From positions 66,278,001-66,342,000 of the forward strand of contig OZ336871.1 of NCBI GenBank assembly GCA_965287045.1: 64,000 nt of DNA, written 5' to 3'. The translations under genes and the position numbers were made by a program. The DNA is from Carcharhinus amblyrhynchos. Lineage: Eukaryota. The notes under the pieces were generated by a model. It was not told the origin of the DNA, did not search any database, and saw only the letters and a list, made by a program, of their open reading frames with translations. Shown here one piece after another: positions 11,826-25,189 of this stretch (position 1 is its first letter; the number at the start of each line of letters is the position of its first letter).

Positions 11826-13674
11826 AATAGCTTTCACATCCTGATGCTATCCATAACTAGAATCTGATCTGAAGCTACCGAATAGATAATCAGTGTTCTA
11901 ATTTTGTTTTGTTTCAAGGTCTGACAGTAGGACCTAACTGACTCGCAGTTGTTCATTCATTTTTCATTCGATACTCATCATCAAAACTGCTACCCTTTTG
12001 TAAAAGATGAAGGTTGAACTCCGCAGAAATTCAGCATACATTGTCACACCTGATTTGTGCTGAACACTGGCACACCCTAGCACACACACTAAGGTCTCAT
12101 ACCCTTAGCATTTATAAAACACATTCATTAGCTTTTGGAAAATCTTATCTATGAAAGGATGTAGCTCATTTTTCTTATCACCATAAAATATTTAAGGAAA
12201 CACTGACTGACCGCATCAGAATTTGGACCCAGGCTACCCAACTATGTTAGGCAAAGTTAAGAGTATCCCTGGAGGTTTGCAGCCGTATGGGATACATCCA
12301 GGAATGTTTGCCACTCTGAAGAACCTAATTGTGTCCACTAATGCAAATGGACTATTAGGAGCCCTCAGAAGCAAGATCTGAGCCAAACATAGACCTGTGT
12401 GGCAGGACATTTACTTTAATGAAGTTCACTCGATTAAGGCAATAAGAAGCTTTGTCTAACATGCAAGGTCAGCGTAAATATATTTCAGCAGCCTAAATCA
12501 ATAAATGTTGCTAATATAGGGAGTGTCTTGGATGCTCAGACATCAGAAGCTCACCTACATCATGTCTGCCTATACCCCCAGGGGTGTAGCATCCATAAGG
12601 TGTAAATTCTCCATTTTACATGATGTAAAGATGGATGATTCGTCAAATTACTTCATGACAATGTGACATGATTAATAGAACAGAATTAAGTGCAGAATGT
12701 GTAATAAAATAAAAGTAATCAAATCATAACATTATATACAAAATTAAACCTATCCCAGCACAAGCTACAGTAACATTGCATTTAAATATTTAAACAAGAT
12801 TAATTGTTGCTTCTGACATTCAAATGGAATGAGATATATTCTCAGTGTGCTTGATATAAATACATAGAGACCTAGAGTTGGGTATTGGGTAATATGTCTC
12901 TCAGTCTCCGTGGTGACGAGGACATTCTTTGATCATCTATGAGTTTTAGAGAGGAATTTGTAAGAGCTTTTTTCCTTCATTAATCAAAGAATGTTTCCCC
13001 TTATTAGTTCATCTCTTCCAGATGATGGTGTGACTAGCATTGTAGTAGTTGGGAAGGAGGGTGACGTTAGTGTGCAGAAATTACATAATGAAAATATAGG
13101 CAAACTCGATAGACCAGTGGTCTTTACCTACTATTCAGTCCACATTGATACATCGACTCCGATGTTATAAGGAGATATGGTGCCAGAAACTGTTGACCTC
13201 TACTACTGACCTTGCATGATCAGAGGGAGGATATCACATCTGCTTAGAGGAGCAGGTCAGGTGTGCACCTGGGATATTGCAATATATATCTGGACCCGGG
13301 CCCGTGGTGGGACTCTGTAACAATGTGCATTGTGATTGTTGCCAAATGAAGGCATGTTTCTCATTAATTACATTGAACTTGAAACCAAAATGAATAAATT
13401 GTATATTTTACCTTTGAATTTCACAAAAAATACCTGGGATTTAACAATATGTATTTGTTAGGTTGAGCTTTGGCCTACAGCCCAAATTGTCTGGTGTCGA
13501 GGCCAAGGTAGGTAAAATTGTTGAAACACAGGACTGCTGAATGTCCTTTTCCCAAGTATGCTGCCTTATGGTACAGGCCACTTAAGTTTAGGAATGTGTA
13601 GCAGGGAGTTTGAAAGCTGGTATGTCAATCGATGAAGGCTGTTGTCCACGAGTAAGAGGATTGATCAAGAGTGA

Positions 13675-14022
13675 TAGAACATAGAACATAGAACATAGAA
13701 CATTACAGCGCAGAACAGGCCCTTCGGCCCACGATGTTGCGCCGACCAGTTACAAAAACAATGACCCACTAGCCTATACCAATCCCTTTTCGTCCATAAA
13801 CCTATCCAGAGATCTCTTAAACGCCCCCAAACTAGACGCATCTACAACTGCAGCAGGCAGGGCATTCCAATCCCTCACCACCCGCTGGGTAAAGAACCTA
13901 CCCCTGACATCCGTCCTGTAGCTACCCCCCCTTAATTTAAAGTCATGCCCCCTCGTGCTAGCTTTCTCCATCCGAGGAAAAAGGCTATCACTATCCACCC
14001 TATCTAAACCTCTAATCATCTT
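13675..14022 (-). mobile_element. Young 5'-truncated CR1 insertion
   Basis: Intact MIRGLDRVDSDSLFPR...RFFTQRVVRDWNALP; perfect (TAGAACA)4 tail; CpG retained. Confidence 0.95.
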
Positions 14023-14104
14023 AGTTTGGAACAAAAGAATATCTTTGAATTTCACAAAAATAACCTGATAGGTTTTACTGTGTAACTGAATTTTAATGAG
14101 AACT

Positions 14105-17100
14105 TATATTTATGTAGCATCTTTAACATAAAACACCCCAAGGTGCTTCACAAAGGCATCATGAAACACAGAATCATACCAAGCAACCTAAGGAAATATT
14201 AGGTCAGATGAGCAAAAGCTTCCTCAGAAAGGTTGGTTTAAGGAATGTCTCAAGGGGAAGTGAGGTAGAGAAGGGAAGACGTGTAGAAAGGAAATTTCAG
14301 GAAACTGAATGCATGACCATCAAAGTGATTGATTATGGGGGAAGTCAAGAGTTCAGACTATTATAAGCCCAGTTATCTGAGAGGGTTGTGGGGCTGGGTG
14401 AAGTTACAGAAATAGGGAGTGGTGAGGTAATGGAGAGATTTGAAAACACAGATTAGAATTTTAATCAAGATGTTGCTTGTCTGGAAGACAACAAAAACCA
14501 GCGAACACAGGGTTTTAGCAGATAGGGAATTGCTGCAAGTTAAGACAGGGGCAGCTGAGTTTCGGATGACCTCAAGTTCAGGGAGGGTCAAATATGGGAG
14601 ACCAACCAAAATGCATTGGAATAGTCAAGTCTAGAGGTACCAAAGGCATGTATGAGGATTTCAACAACAGATGAGCCTAGATGGGGTCAAAGTCAGGCAT
14701 TATTAAGGAGATGGAAATAGGCAGTCTTAGTAACGGCATTAATATAAGATCAGAAGCTCATTTTGGGATTAAATGTGATACCAAGGTTGCAAGCAGACTG
14801 GCTTAATCTCAGACTGTTACCAAAGAGAGGTATGGAGTTGGTAGCTACGGAATGGAATTTAGAGCATAGATTGAAAACAATGACTTCAGTCTTCCCAAAG
14901 TTTAATTGGAGGAAGTTTTGGCTTACCTGTTACCAGATGATGGATCAGCAGTCTAATAATTGAGCAACAGTACAGCAATTGAGAAAACTGGTGGTTGTAA
15001 TATTCAATTGTTCAGTGTTTGATTGTGTGTGTCTGTTGACAGTTCACCGTGCAGCTAGTCAGTCACTCTTGGCTGTGGTTACACAGAAACTGAAATTAAA
15101 CTGAAGGCTAAAAGCTGTAAACATGAGAGTGCAGATGTTTTAAAAGCACATGTAAATTAATCTCCTGTATGCTCACAGCAACTGGTGTCATCTTTGCATA
15201 TCTCCAAAGAATGTAATACAACAGTGGCGAGGTATAGCTTGTGATATATGTGAAAATTAACCCTGTGCTGCTGGCTGAGGGGTAACAGGCAGATGAGAAG
15301 TGGAAGGGAGCCAAGGACCAATCCTCAGGGAACATCAGAGTTAATGGTGCGGGAGCAGGAAGGAAAACCATTGCAAGTGATTCTCTAGAACATATAACGT
15401 AGAACATTACAGCGCAGTACAGGCCCTTCAGCCCTTGATATTGCACCTGTGAAACAAATCTAAACCCATCTAACCCACAATATCATCCAATGACCATTTA
15501 AATGTCCTTAATGTTGGTGAATCCACTACTGTTGCAGGCAGGGCATTTCACACTCTTACTACTCTCTGAGTAAAGAACCTACTTCCGACATCTGTCCTAT
15601 ATCTATCACCCCTCAATTTAAAGCTATGTCCCCTCATGCTAGCCATCACCATCCCAGGAAAAAGGTTCACATTGTCCACCCTACCTAATCCCCTGATCAT
15701 CTTATATGCCTCTATTAAGTCACCCCTTAACGTTCTTCTCGCTAATGAAAACAGCCTCAAGTCCCTCAGTCTTTCCTTATACCAAACCAGACAACATCCT
15801 AGTAAATCTCCTCTGCACCCTTTCCAATGCTTCCACATCCTCCCTATAATGCAGCAACCAGAACTGTACGCAATACTTCAAGTGCGGCCACACCGGAGTT
15901 TTGTACAGCTGCAACATGACCTCATAGCTCCTAAACTCAATCCCTCTACCAATAAAAGCTAACACACCGTGCACCTTCTTAACAACCCTATCAACCTGGG
16001 TGTCAGCTTTCAGGGATCCATACACATGAACACCGAGATCTCTCTGCTCATCCACACAACCAAGTAACTTACCATTTGCCCAGTACTATGTATTCCTGTT
16101 TTTCCTTCCAAAGTGAATCACTTCACCCTTATCCACATTAAGCTCCATTTGCCACCTCTCAGCCCAGCTCTGCAGCTTATCTTTGTCCCTCTGTGACCTG
16201 CAACATCCTTCCGCACTGTCCACACTCCACCAACTTTAGTGTCATCCGCAAATTTACTAACCCATCCTTCTACGCCCTCATCCAGGTCATTTATAAAAGT
16301 GACAAACAGCAGTGGCCCCAGAACAGATCCTTGCGGTATACCACTAGTAATTAAACTTCAGGATGAACATTTCCCACCAACCGCCATCCTCTGTCTTCTT
16401 GCAGCTAGCCAATTTCTGATCCAAACTGCGAAATCACCCTCAATTCCATGCATCCATATCTTCTGCAATACTTACCGTGAGGAACCTTATCAAACACTTT
16501 ACTGAAATCCGTGTGCCTCATATCAACTGCTTTACCCTCATCCACCTCTTTGGTCACCTTCTCAAAGAATTCAATAAGGTTTGTGAGGCACAACCTACCC
16601 TTCACAAAACCATGTTGACAATCCATAATCAAATTATCCCTTTCTGGGTGATTATAAATCCTATCTCTTATAATCCTTTCCAGAACTTTGTCCACAACAG
16701 AAGGAAGACTCACTGGTCTATAATTACCTGGGTTGTCTCTACTCTTCTTCTTGAACAGTCTTCTGGCACTATTCCTGTAGACAATGATGACCTAAAGATC
16801 AAAACCAAAGGCTCTGCACTCTCCTCCCTAGCCTCCCAGAGAATCCTAGGATAAATCCCATCTGGCCCAGAGGTCTTATCTATTTTCATACTTTCCAGAA
16901 TTGCTAACACCTGCTCCTTATGAACTACAATCCCGTCTAGTCTAATACCCTGTATCTCAGTATTAATAGTGGATATCTCAGTACTAATATCCCTCTGGCT
17001 GGGATCTTCTAAGCCCAATGAAAGTCCAAGCACTCTTGATTGGCTGGCTGCATCCCTTGCAGGGGGGTTGGAGGGAGGGGAAGGGTACTGTCATGGGGGG

Positions 17101-17780
17101 GGTCTGAAAACCCTGGCCTTTGTCTATGATTAAGCAGATAAGAATGGAACCAGGAGAGAGCAACATGTTTGGGGAAGATGGCCAATGGTGTCAAAGGCTG
17201 CAAGCAGATTGAAAAGGATGAGGAGGGAAAATTTACCTTTATTGCAGTCACATAGGATGTAATTTATAGGAGCTTTTTCAATACTTTGGCATGGGGCGGG
17301 AACTCTGATTGGGGATCAAGCATGGAATTCTGGAAAAGATTGGCACAGATTTGGGTGGTAACAATGCTTTCAAGGACTTTTGAGAGGATAGGGAAGTCAG
17401 AGATAAGAGGGTAGTTTATAAGGACGGCAGGATCCAGGGATGGTTTTTTCAGGATGGGCACGATGATGGTAAATTTAAAGGAGAGAGTGAAATTCATAAT
17501 ATCGGTTAACATGGAGGCTCGGAGGGGAAGCTGGATGATCAGCAGTTTAGTGGAAATAGGATTGAGGGAACAGGAGTCTCCTGGATGAGCTCAGCTAGGA
17601 CATAGTAAAGTTAGAAGAAGTACATGTTTAGGGCGAGGGCAGAGAGAAGGAGTAGAGGAAATTTGTCCAGGTGGGCTAGAGGAAAGAGGTGGCACGGAGG
17701 ATGTGCGGCAGATTAGCGGATTGTCTCAATTATTGTGACAAAGGAATGACAAGATCCTTGCACTTGTTTTTGGAGGTGTT
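14105..17780 (-). mobile_element. Old L2 LINE, interrupted by CR1 (15387-16990) and other inserts
   Basis: ORF 14373 NSAAPVLT..KILICVFKSLH; ORF 17264 PILKKPSLDPAVLINYPLISDFPILSKVLE; ORF 17009 ALSWFHSYL. Confidence 0.8.
15387..16990 (-). mobile_element. 5'-truncated CR1 (~1.6 kb, RT + 3' end) with frameshifts
   Basis: ORFs 16710, 16405, 15777 and 15548: DKTSGPDGIYPRILWE, QHGFVKGRLCLTNLIEFFE, HLKYCVQFW; TAGAACA-type tail. Confidence 0.92.
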
Positions 17781-18724
17781 TTATGAAAAATAAGCCATGC
17801 TGCTGCCAGTTATTATTCCTATCAATTCCTATATTACATTGTTGAAAATACCTTTATTCAAATAAATGAGTTAATGTCTAATTATGGAACAAACAGGATT
17901 TGCATTATTGATGAATAAATCACACCTAATCAGTGTGGGTAGCATATGTATTTGAGAGAGAATTACTCATTTCTTTAAGTACATGTCTATTTTTCATTTT
18001 AAAGAGGAACTCCCCCATACTTTTAATCTCCATTAGTCACAATGAATTTGTCACCCTGAGCACAGTTATATATTGTTCCCAATGCAGTATTAGATATTGC
18101 ACATGCCTTTACTCAAGTGTGATGGAAACTTTTGTTGTCATCAATTTAGTTGACTGCATTATCAAATCAACCAACAGAACTGATTGTACGTGATGTAGTT
18201 ATAAATACAATATCAAACAAAATTAGTAACTAGCTTCTTTGGCACTAATCTTAATTGTTCATTATGATAAAATCTGTGGCTTGATAGTCAAATCAATGAA
18301 CTGTAAATTGTTTCAGCAGACAGATTTGACAACTGCTTTGGCTGTTGATAATACTTCTACCTTTGCTTCTTTTCAAACAATTTTCTCCCAACTCCTTTTG
18401 CCTCTAAAAGGTGCTGAGTTTGTATGAGCTGTGCTGGGCAACTTTCAGTGCTCCAGCAAAGATAATTACTGAAGATCTGGAGATGCCTTTCAAGGTGCCC
18501 CATCAATGCTCTCTCAACAGTTATAGTCTGCTATGTCCTTCACAACATTGCATTAAAAAGAGAAGCACAGATGCAGGAGAGGAAGCAGCAGCATGAGTGG
18601 CAATCTTCTCCTCTGAGAAGCCAGATGTGACCACAGTCCCTGCAGCCACACAGCTGCCTGCCAGATAAGTCTGCAATGGTCTCATCCAGATATGCTTTAC
18701 TTAATCTGTGCATGCCCTCAGAAA

Positions 18725-19310
18725 CCCAATGCCTCTTACCCACCCTAAACTCCATTCCTTCCATAATTCAACAATCTGACCACATTGAATACACATTGCT
18801 ACTGTCCATTTTATTCTTTGTTCACAAGTTTGTTTTGTGGCACTGTATCAAATACTGCTTGGAAGTTGAAGTACACTACATTAACAGCATTGCCCACATC
18901 AACTCTCCCAGTTATCTCTTCAAAAAAAGCACCAGCTAGTTAAACATGAAATTCCCTTCAGAAATCCATGCTGACTTTCCTTAATTAACACATATTTATC
19001 CATGTGAGTATTATATCTGTCCTGAATTAGAAGGTTCCCTTCTACTTACGTTAAACTGACTGGCCTATAGCTGCTGGACTTATTATTTTTACTTTCTTGA
19101 AATAAGGATGTGACATTTGCAATTCTCCAGTCCTCTGGCACCAGCCCTGAACTTCAGGAAGGCTGAAAAATTATGGCCAATCCTTCTGCAATATCCACTC
19201 TCATTTCCCTCCAAATCCTTAAATGCATCTCATCTGGTCCTGATGCTTTATTGACTTTTAAGTGCAGACAGCCTATCTAATATATCCTCCTTATCAATTT
19301 TAAATCCTAA
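18725..19310 (-). mobile_element. Degenerate CR1 RT fragment
   Basis: Reverse strand shows KVNKASGPDEMH, WRIANVTSLF and SQHGFLKG motifs. Confidence 0.75.
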
Positions 19311-19965
19311 AAGTTGTCCACTTTGGCAGGAAGGTAGAGCGAGAGTAGTTCTGTGTCCAACTGGTTTTCCCAGTTCTTATGCATCTGGATGTAAAAACCA
19401 CATCACTGGCGCAACCGACTGGGAAGTGATGCCCTAACTGACTGCCTCTGTGCTGCTGACCAATTAAGGACGGTAGCAGTTTCCTGAAGTTGCAGGATCA
19501 ATGAGAAGTTTTAGAGCTGGGAACAACAAACAATGCTGGGTGACTGCTGCCACTCCTTATCTATCATTTTTGCAATCTGCTGAAGGGACTTTTTGAGATG
19601 GTTCTCAAATGGATGGTTCCTCAGCCTGGGAAATGAAACCTTTATCCACCTTTTCTAAATAAGTAGGGAGCCAAAGTAATCAAGTGTAGCAGAAGTTTGG
19701 TCAGAGCTGTTATTCTATATTTGATGAGAAATGAAATGAATTTTCAGGCTCTAAGGTTGACAAACATACTGACAACAGTGATAATGAGCCAGTGCTGTGC
19801 AAGTCTCCTTGTCCTCTGTTACTCAAGCATGTTACTCTAGTGCCTATAATACTGAATAGTCATCTACAAGGCTCTGTGGAGGATTTCTATACAACATGTT
19901 GAAAAGAACAGAAGTACTCAGTGGCTTAAATGTGTGTCATTGTTTGCACTTCCCTCTAGTGTTAC

Positions 19966-20176
19966 TGTAGTGCTTTGTAGCTCAGAGATGTGCAGAGGTG
20001 GCACCAGTTTCTGCATGCATACAAGAGCTTTATTTACAAATGTTTTTGAAATGTCTGCAGTATGAGCTTCCAGCTAACGTTTAGTTCCTCGTTCTCCGGT
20101 AACCATACCCAGGCTTGACTAACAGCACATTGGACAGAGAACAGTTAACATAATCAAACACTGAATATTGAATACA
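19966..20176 (-). repeat. 3' LTR
   Basis: TG...CA ends; AATAAA on the minus strand; shares blocks CTCAGAGATRTGCAGAGGTG and GCTTGACTAA with 22238-22428. Confidence 0.75.
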
Positions 20177-20987
20177 ATATCTCCCCCCCACCCCCCACCC
20201 CCACCATCCTTTATAAGCGGAAGGACCTTATTTTAAATTAAATCATCATAAACAACAAACATTTGTATATCGAGTAATTTCTTAGTATTCAAGAATATTT
20301 GTTTTCTTCAAGTGCAGAATAAGTTGTTGAGATATAAAGGTTGTTGATTTGGTGCTGAGGTCCATAAACATAAGGTTGATGATCACGAATATGGTCAACG
20401 TCACAGTTGGGTTGCTCATTGGAAAGGGAAATGTATCCTCATAATCATTTTCCTTGAAATGTCCTGGTCTGCTCACTATCAGACATTTCATGTTGCACTG
20501 TGCCTTGTCGTCCAACAGATAAACATTGGTTCTGAGCAACTGTTTGATCTGCATTGGTCTTGACAGAAGCTGACTGCCACACATTATTTTATGGACTCGC
20601 TGTTTCCTGGCATCTCTGGGTCGATATATTTTGTTCCATCCTCACACTTTTCATTGACCCAAAGCGTTTGTTGAGAGCATTTACTTGATGGTCTGTCTGC
20701 TTTAAGTTGTTGCAGCTCCTATGACACTACAGTATGGATTGCAAATGGTAAATATCTCAAATTTTGCAAAACTAGCGGAATTGATATATCAGTGTAAAGA
20801 AAATGAAAGTAAACCTTAATCTCCCCAAATCTGGCTAGGAAGGAAGGATTCCAATGTGTATTGTGTACGTCATCATTTGAGTTTATGTGTGCTTTGGTAT
20901 AGCCTTCAAGTTTGAATCCAAATGTACTGAAAAGGTTTATCCACATAAGACTTCTGTTGAGCTACGTAGAACATAAGACAGTCTATG

Positions 20988-21190
20988 GATAAAAGCAAAT
21001 TATCGTGGATGCTAGAATCTGAAAACCAAAAGAGAAAATGCTGGAAAATCTCAGCAAGTCTGGCAACAACTCTAAGGAGAGAAAAGCTTCAGCAAAGGGT
21101 CATCTGGACTCAGTAAATGCCAGCTCTTTTCTCTCTCACAGGTGCTGCCAGATCTGTTGAGATTTTCCAGCATTTTCTCTTTTGAAGTCA
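20988..21190. mobile_element. Penelope-like inverted-repeat element nested in the LTR element
   Basis: AAAAGAGAAAATGCTGGAAAATCTCAGCA inverted against TGTTGAGATTTTCCAGCATTTTCTCTTTT; core CAAAGGGTCATCTGGACTC. Confidence 0.7.
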
Positions 21191-21434
21191 GTTTATGGAG
21201 ATTTTTTGTAGCATGATGGAACTGTGATTGTTCCCAAAACCAGAATAATTGAGTTGGCGTAAAGACAAGACTGTCTGTTGCAGGAATGAAAGTTGTGAAA
21301 AATACTGATGATAAGAGTTTTTCATTCAACATTGATATTTTTGTGCCAATGTCATTGAGGAGTGACACTAAAATGAAATTAAGAGAATTTCTTAAAATGA
21401 TCTGGTGCTATGCCAGCCGCGTACATGTCGTACC

Positions 21435-22223
21435 TCAATCTCGGGAAGAGAGTCCCACCTCGAAACGAAACACCTTTGCAAAATGATTCCACTTTAAACA
21501 AGAGTTACATGTTTTCCCACAACTTGGACATGCTGCTGTGATTACGTTCATAACTTGGACACATTTCTGAGTGTATCTGACTGTGATGGGGCACATGTTG
21601 CTGAGACTGCTGATGTGCTTTTGTCCGTAACCGTTGCACATGAATTTGTTGGCTGTGTCTGCGATCCTGAATCTGAGAGTGTATACATTTGTGTCATCCC
21701 TTTTAATCAAACATGCTGGATTGGACCACCATGGTCCTGGATTTTCCAAGGTTAAGACATCATTTTCCATGAGGAAGTGTTCCTGAACTTGTGGAGTTGG
21801 AGCTTTCTCAATCAATTGGTCACAAATTAATCCGTAAGTTAGAGTGACAAATTCTCATGTAGAAGACAACTGCAGCAATACTGCCACATATTATTTTGTG
21901 GGCTCACCATTTCTTGGCGTTTTTGGCAGGATGTATTTTGTTTGATCATCACACTTTTCTTTGATCCAAAGTATCTGTTGAGAGCATTAATTACTGTATC
22001 AAATGTAGACATGTCTTTTGTGAAATGCTTGAATATTCACTGGTCTTGTGCTTTGAGATAATGCTCGAGTTTTGCCTTCTTGGGGGTCACTGCTACATCC
22101 AGGCTGTCCATCCATTTAATGAGCAAGTCGATCTTGAACCCCAAAATCCATCAATTCCAATTATAAATCTCTTGATGAAGGAAGGAAAGGTGCTGGAATC
22201 CGTAAGTTTAAAATATTCTCCAT
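21435..22223 (-). pseudogene. Gypsy gag pseudogene (capsid-like region + CCHC zinc knuckle)
   Basis: N-terminal MENILNLRIPAPFLPS after ATG at 22223; ORF 21435-21815 MIEK..PQVQEHFLMENDVLTLE and CPSCGKTCNSCLKWNHFAKV; stops and frameshifts. Confidence 0.8.
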
Positions 22224-22237
22224 CTTGTGGTGACAAC

Positions 22238-22428
22238 TGTTGTGTTTTATGCCTCAGAGATATGCAGAGGTGACATACCCCTATATAGAAGCTTTGTTTA
22301 CAGTTCCTTTAAAATGCCTGCAACACATGCTTCCATTTACTTTAGTTTGTCTTTCTCAATAACCACAATCAAGCTTGACTAAAACATACAAAACAGTGAA
22401 CTGTAAACAAACAAATATAATGAAGTAC
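22238..22428 (-). repeat. 5' LTR
   Basis: Diverged direct repeat of 19966-20176; right boundary uncertain. Confidence 0.7.
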
Positions 22429-22458
22429 TGTGGGCAATTCAATGCTATAATTATCATA

Positions 22459-22632
22459 GAAGAGTAGAGGTTTACAGCATGGAAACAGGCCCTTCAGCCC
22501 AACTTGTCTATGCTGCCCAGTTTATACCATTAAGCTAGTCCCAGTTGCCCATATTTGGCCCATATCCCTCTATTCCAAATCTACCCATGTAATTGCCTAA
22601 ATGCTTCTTAAAATACAAAATTGTACCCACCT
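22459..22632 (-). mobile_element. CR1 3' tail
   Basis: GAGGTTTACAGCATGGAAACAGGCCCTTCAGCCCAACTTGTC, same subfamily as 2166 and 63555. Confidence 0.85.
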
Positions 22633-22849
22633 AGGGGTCATAGTATGAGGATAAAGGATAAACCTTTTAGGACTAAGTTGTGGAGAAATCTCTTCACCCA
22701 GAGGGTGGTGAGTCTCTACCTTTGAATAACCTGTCTGCTTCAGTTCCTGTCCTGCCACATAACCATAATCAGGCTAATAAATCATAATGAAGGAAAAAAT
22801 GGCTTCAAAAAACTATCAAAACTCAACTTTCATCATTGGGACTGCAAGG

Positions 22850-23270
22850 AGGGGTGGGTAGATTAAGGTGGGCCGGGAGGGGTGGTCAAGTCTGGCCTGC
22901 ACATGTCTGGGAGGCCAGCGATCTTTAGGTGGTGATGGTGAGGGAAGGGGTGGTCACATGGTCAGTGATGTGGAATCGCGGGCCTGGCCAGCGACCGGGA
23001 AACCAGCAGTGCGGGATTAGTAAGCATGCACCGAATCTCCATTAAGACAGATCAGTGCATGTGCAGTGCGCAATCAGTGCAATGATATTGGCCTCTCCAG
23101 CAGGAATAGGCCCTGCCCACTGATGGTTAGCATGATTCATGCGAGGGCACTCTGCAGTGAAAAGAGTGTGGTAAATTCATTTTGAAAATCCCATTGAAAA
23201 ATGAACGGGATTTATTCCAGTTTTTATGCAAATTCAGCATTTAGAATTTTTTTGGGAGAATTCCACCCAA
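22850..23270. mobile_element. GC-rich non-autonomous element (MITE-like) fragment
   Basis: Ends GGGAGAATTCCACCC; internal similarity to 27700-27990 and, inverted, to 63140-63360. Confidence 0.5.
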
Positions 23271-23274
23271 CATC

Positions 23275-23637
23275 CATCCCTCTGACTGCAATGTCCTCTC
23301 CCACTATCACATTCCTTTTCATTTTCTTATTTGAATAACTTTCTAGATCGCAGTGGCGTGGTTAGTTTGCTCAAGCACCCATAGACTTTGCCATTAACCA
23401 CCTAGGCAGCAAGAATATTATATTATAACTGTTGGATGTGGGAAGTGGCTGAGGCTGTTCCATCACTGCTGCTTTGGCATCTCCTTATCATCTGTTTTAA
23501 AGACATACCTTCTGGCTCCTGACCACTAACCACTGTACCACTTCCTAACCTATGCATTGTAACTGCCTCCTGGATCAATGTGTCCAAGTAACTCTCTCCT
23601 TCCCTGATGCCCCACAACATCTGCACCTCAGACTCCA
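23275..23637 (-). mobile_element. Old CR1 ORF1 fragment
   Basis: LWGIREGESYLDTLIQEAVT coiled-coil segment and NVIVGEDIAVRGMD (esterase block I-like). Confidence 0.65.
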
Positions 23638-23783
23638 GGGGCAGGATTTTCCTGTCACACCTGCCCAGGGATCAGAAATTCGCCCTCTCTCCCTCGTGAT
23701 CAAAAGCCTCTTAAAGGTCCATTAAAACTGTCCGTTCTGCCACAACAATTTCTGCAATAGATGGGATCAGAACGTTTACCCCC
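23638..23783. mobile_element. ~140-bp MITE
   Basis: GGGGCAGGATTTTCC ... GAACGTTTACCCC termini; AAAGGTCCATT core. Confidence 0.55.
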
Positions 23784-25189
23784 AACTCAACTGATCTCTA
23801 CAAACAAGAATATTTTACTGGCTTCAGTGTATGCCCTTTCAACTTGTAATTTATTGTTGCAGTTGGCCAGATTGGGGCAAGAAAGGAGTGGCTAAGTTCC
23901 AAGCTCCATTTAACCACTTACCCTTCTAGTTACAACTCAGTGAATGTGCTTCAAATTGACCCCTGTTCTATGTTGAAGCATCTGATTGTCTATTGGGTTA
24001 GGAATGGGGGTTGTGCAATTGAACCTGGTGCCCTTGGCTAGGGAGGAAATAACTATCGTAAAAACATTGGTGATTTACGTACAAATCCTGTGATTTTTAT
24101 TGCTTGTGATTCACAGTTTAAATTAACAACGTAGAATTATATCAAAATTACAACACAGAAATGGGTCATTCAGTCAGATTATCCATGTTGGTGGTCAGCA
24201 GTCACATAAGCATTAGTGCTAATTCTATGAGCCTGCTTTGTTTCCACATTTTTTCATTCCTCTTTCCATCAACAGCTTAGTTAACCCACTTTAAGATGTT
24301 GACGTAATCTCTGCTTTAATCATTGACTGATTGTACAGTCCACAGCCTCACAACCCTCTGTGAAAGCTGTTCCTGCCCTAGCCTAAATCTCTCACATTTC
24401 ATCTTATATCGACATCCTCTTGACATAGAGTCCTTAATCATTGTCTGTTTCCATCTATTCCATCCCAACCCTTTGTAATTTAAACACCTCGATCAAATAA
24501 CCTCTCTGTTCTAATGAAAACAGCCCAGGCTAGAAATTCATTGATGCAATGTCCATTAGAGGCGTATAAAATTGGCACCAAATGTCCAACATGGCAGGTG
24601 GCCATATTCTATGTCAGAGGTGTACTGACTTTCCATATTGATAAAAGCTCCAGTATAGATGTCCTGGAAGAGTCATTGGGCTCTATGCATAAGCAAATAG
24701 CTGGTCTAACAACTGATCAAGACCCTCTCTGCAAAACATCCTAGGCCAGCTGCATTCATGGAAAGCATGTCTACGTGGTACTTAAACAATGAGTCCTGAG
24801 ACCAATGAATTCAATCACTAAATAATCGTCAAATACTTCCCTGATTGTGGAGCCTGCAGAGAGCAGCAGTGCTCTCCTCAGATCCATAACAGTCCTGAAG
24901 ATTCTTGTTGTTTCCTACTTTCCCCTCTCCTGGATAGTCTTCTTCTCTTCTGATTTCCTCCCTCCATGCCATCCCCTGTTCTGCAGCAGGATGTAGCTGA
25001 GAGCCTTGCAGGGAAGGCAGCTGACCCAAGCTTTCAGATGCCTAATTGATTTTGGAAGCTCTCTGGTAAGATGGTAATGAAGCCAAAGGCCCAATTTCAG
25101 AAGAGCTTCAAGCCACTGCCTTCTGGTGTATTTCCAGTATGCTGCCTTCATCAAACAGGAAAACAGCAAAATCAAATTTCCTCACCGCC

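Larger units (their letters stand above)
19966..22428 (-). mobile_element. Small Gypsy-like LTR retroelement (gag only, no pol seen), decayed
   Basis: Two diverged ~200-bp direct repeats; polypurine tract GGGGGGGAGATAT directly before the TG of the 3' LTR (minus strand); gag zinc knuckle inside. Confidence 0.8.

Noticed and set aside
22459-22716. Apparent twin-priming 5' inversion of a CR1 insertion
   Set aside because: The plus-strand piece (22631-22716) differs from the equivalent region of the tail's subfamily (cf. 63760-63840), so two independent fragments are more likely.
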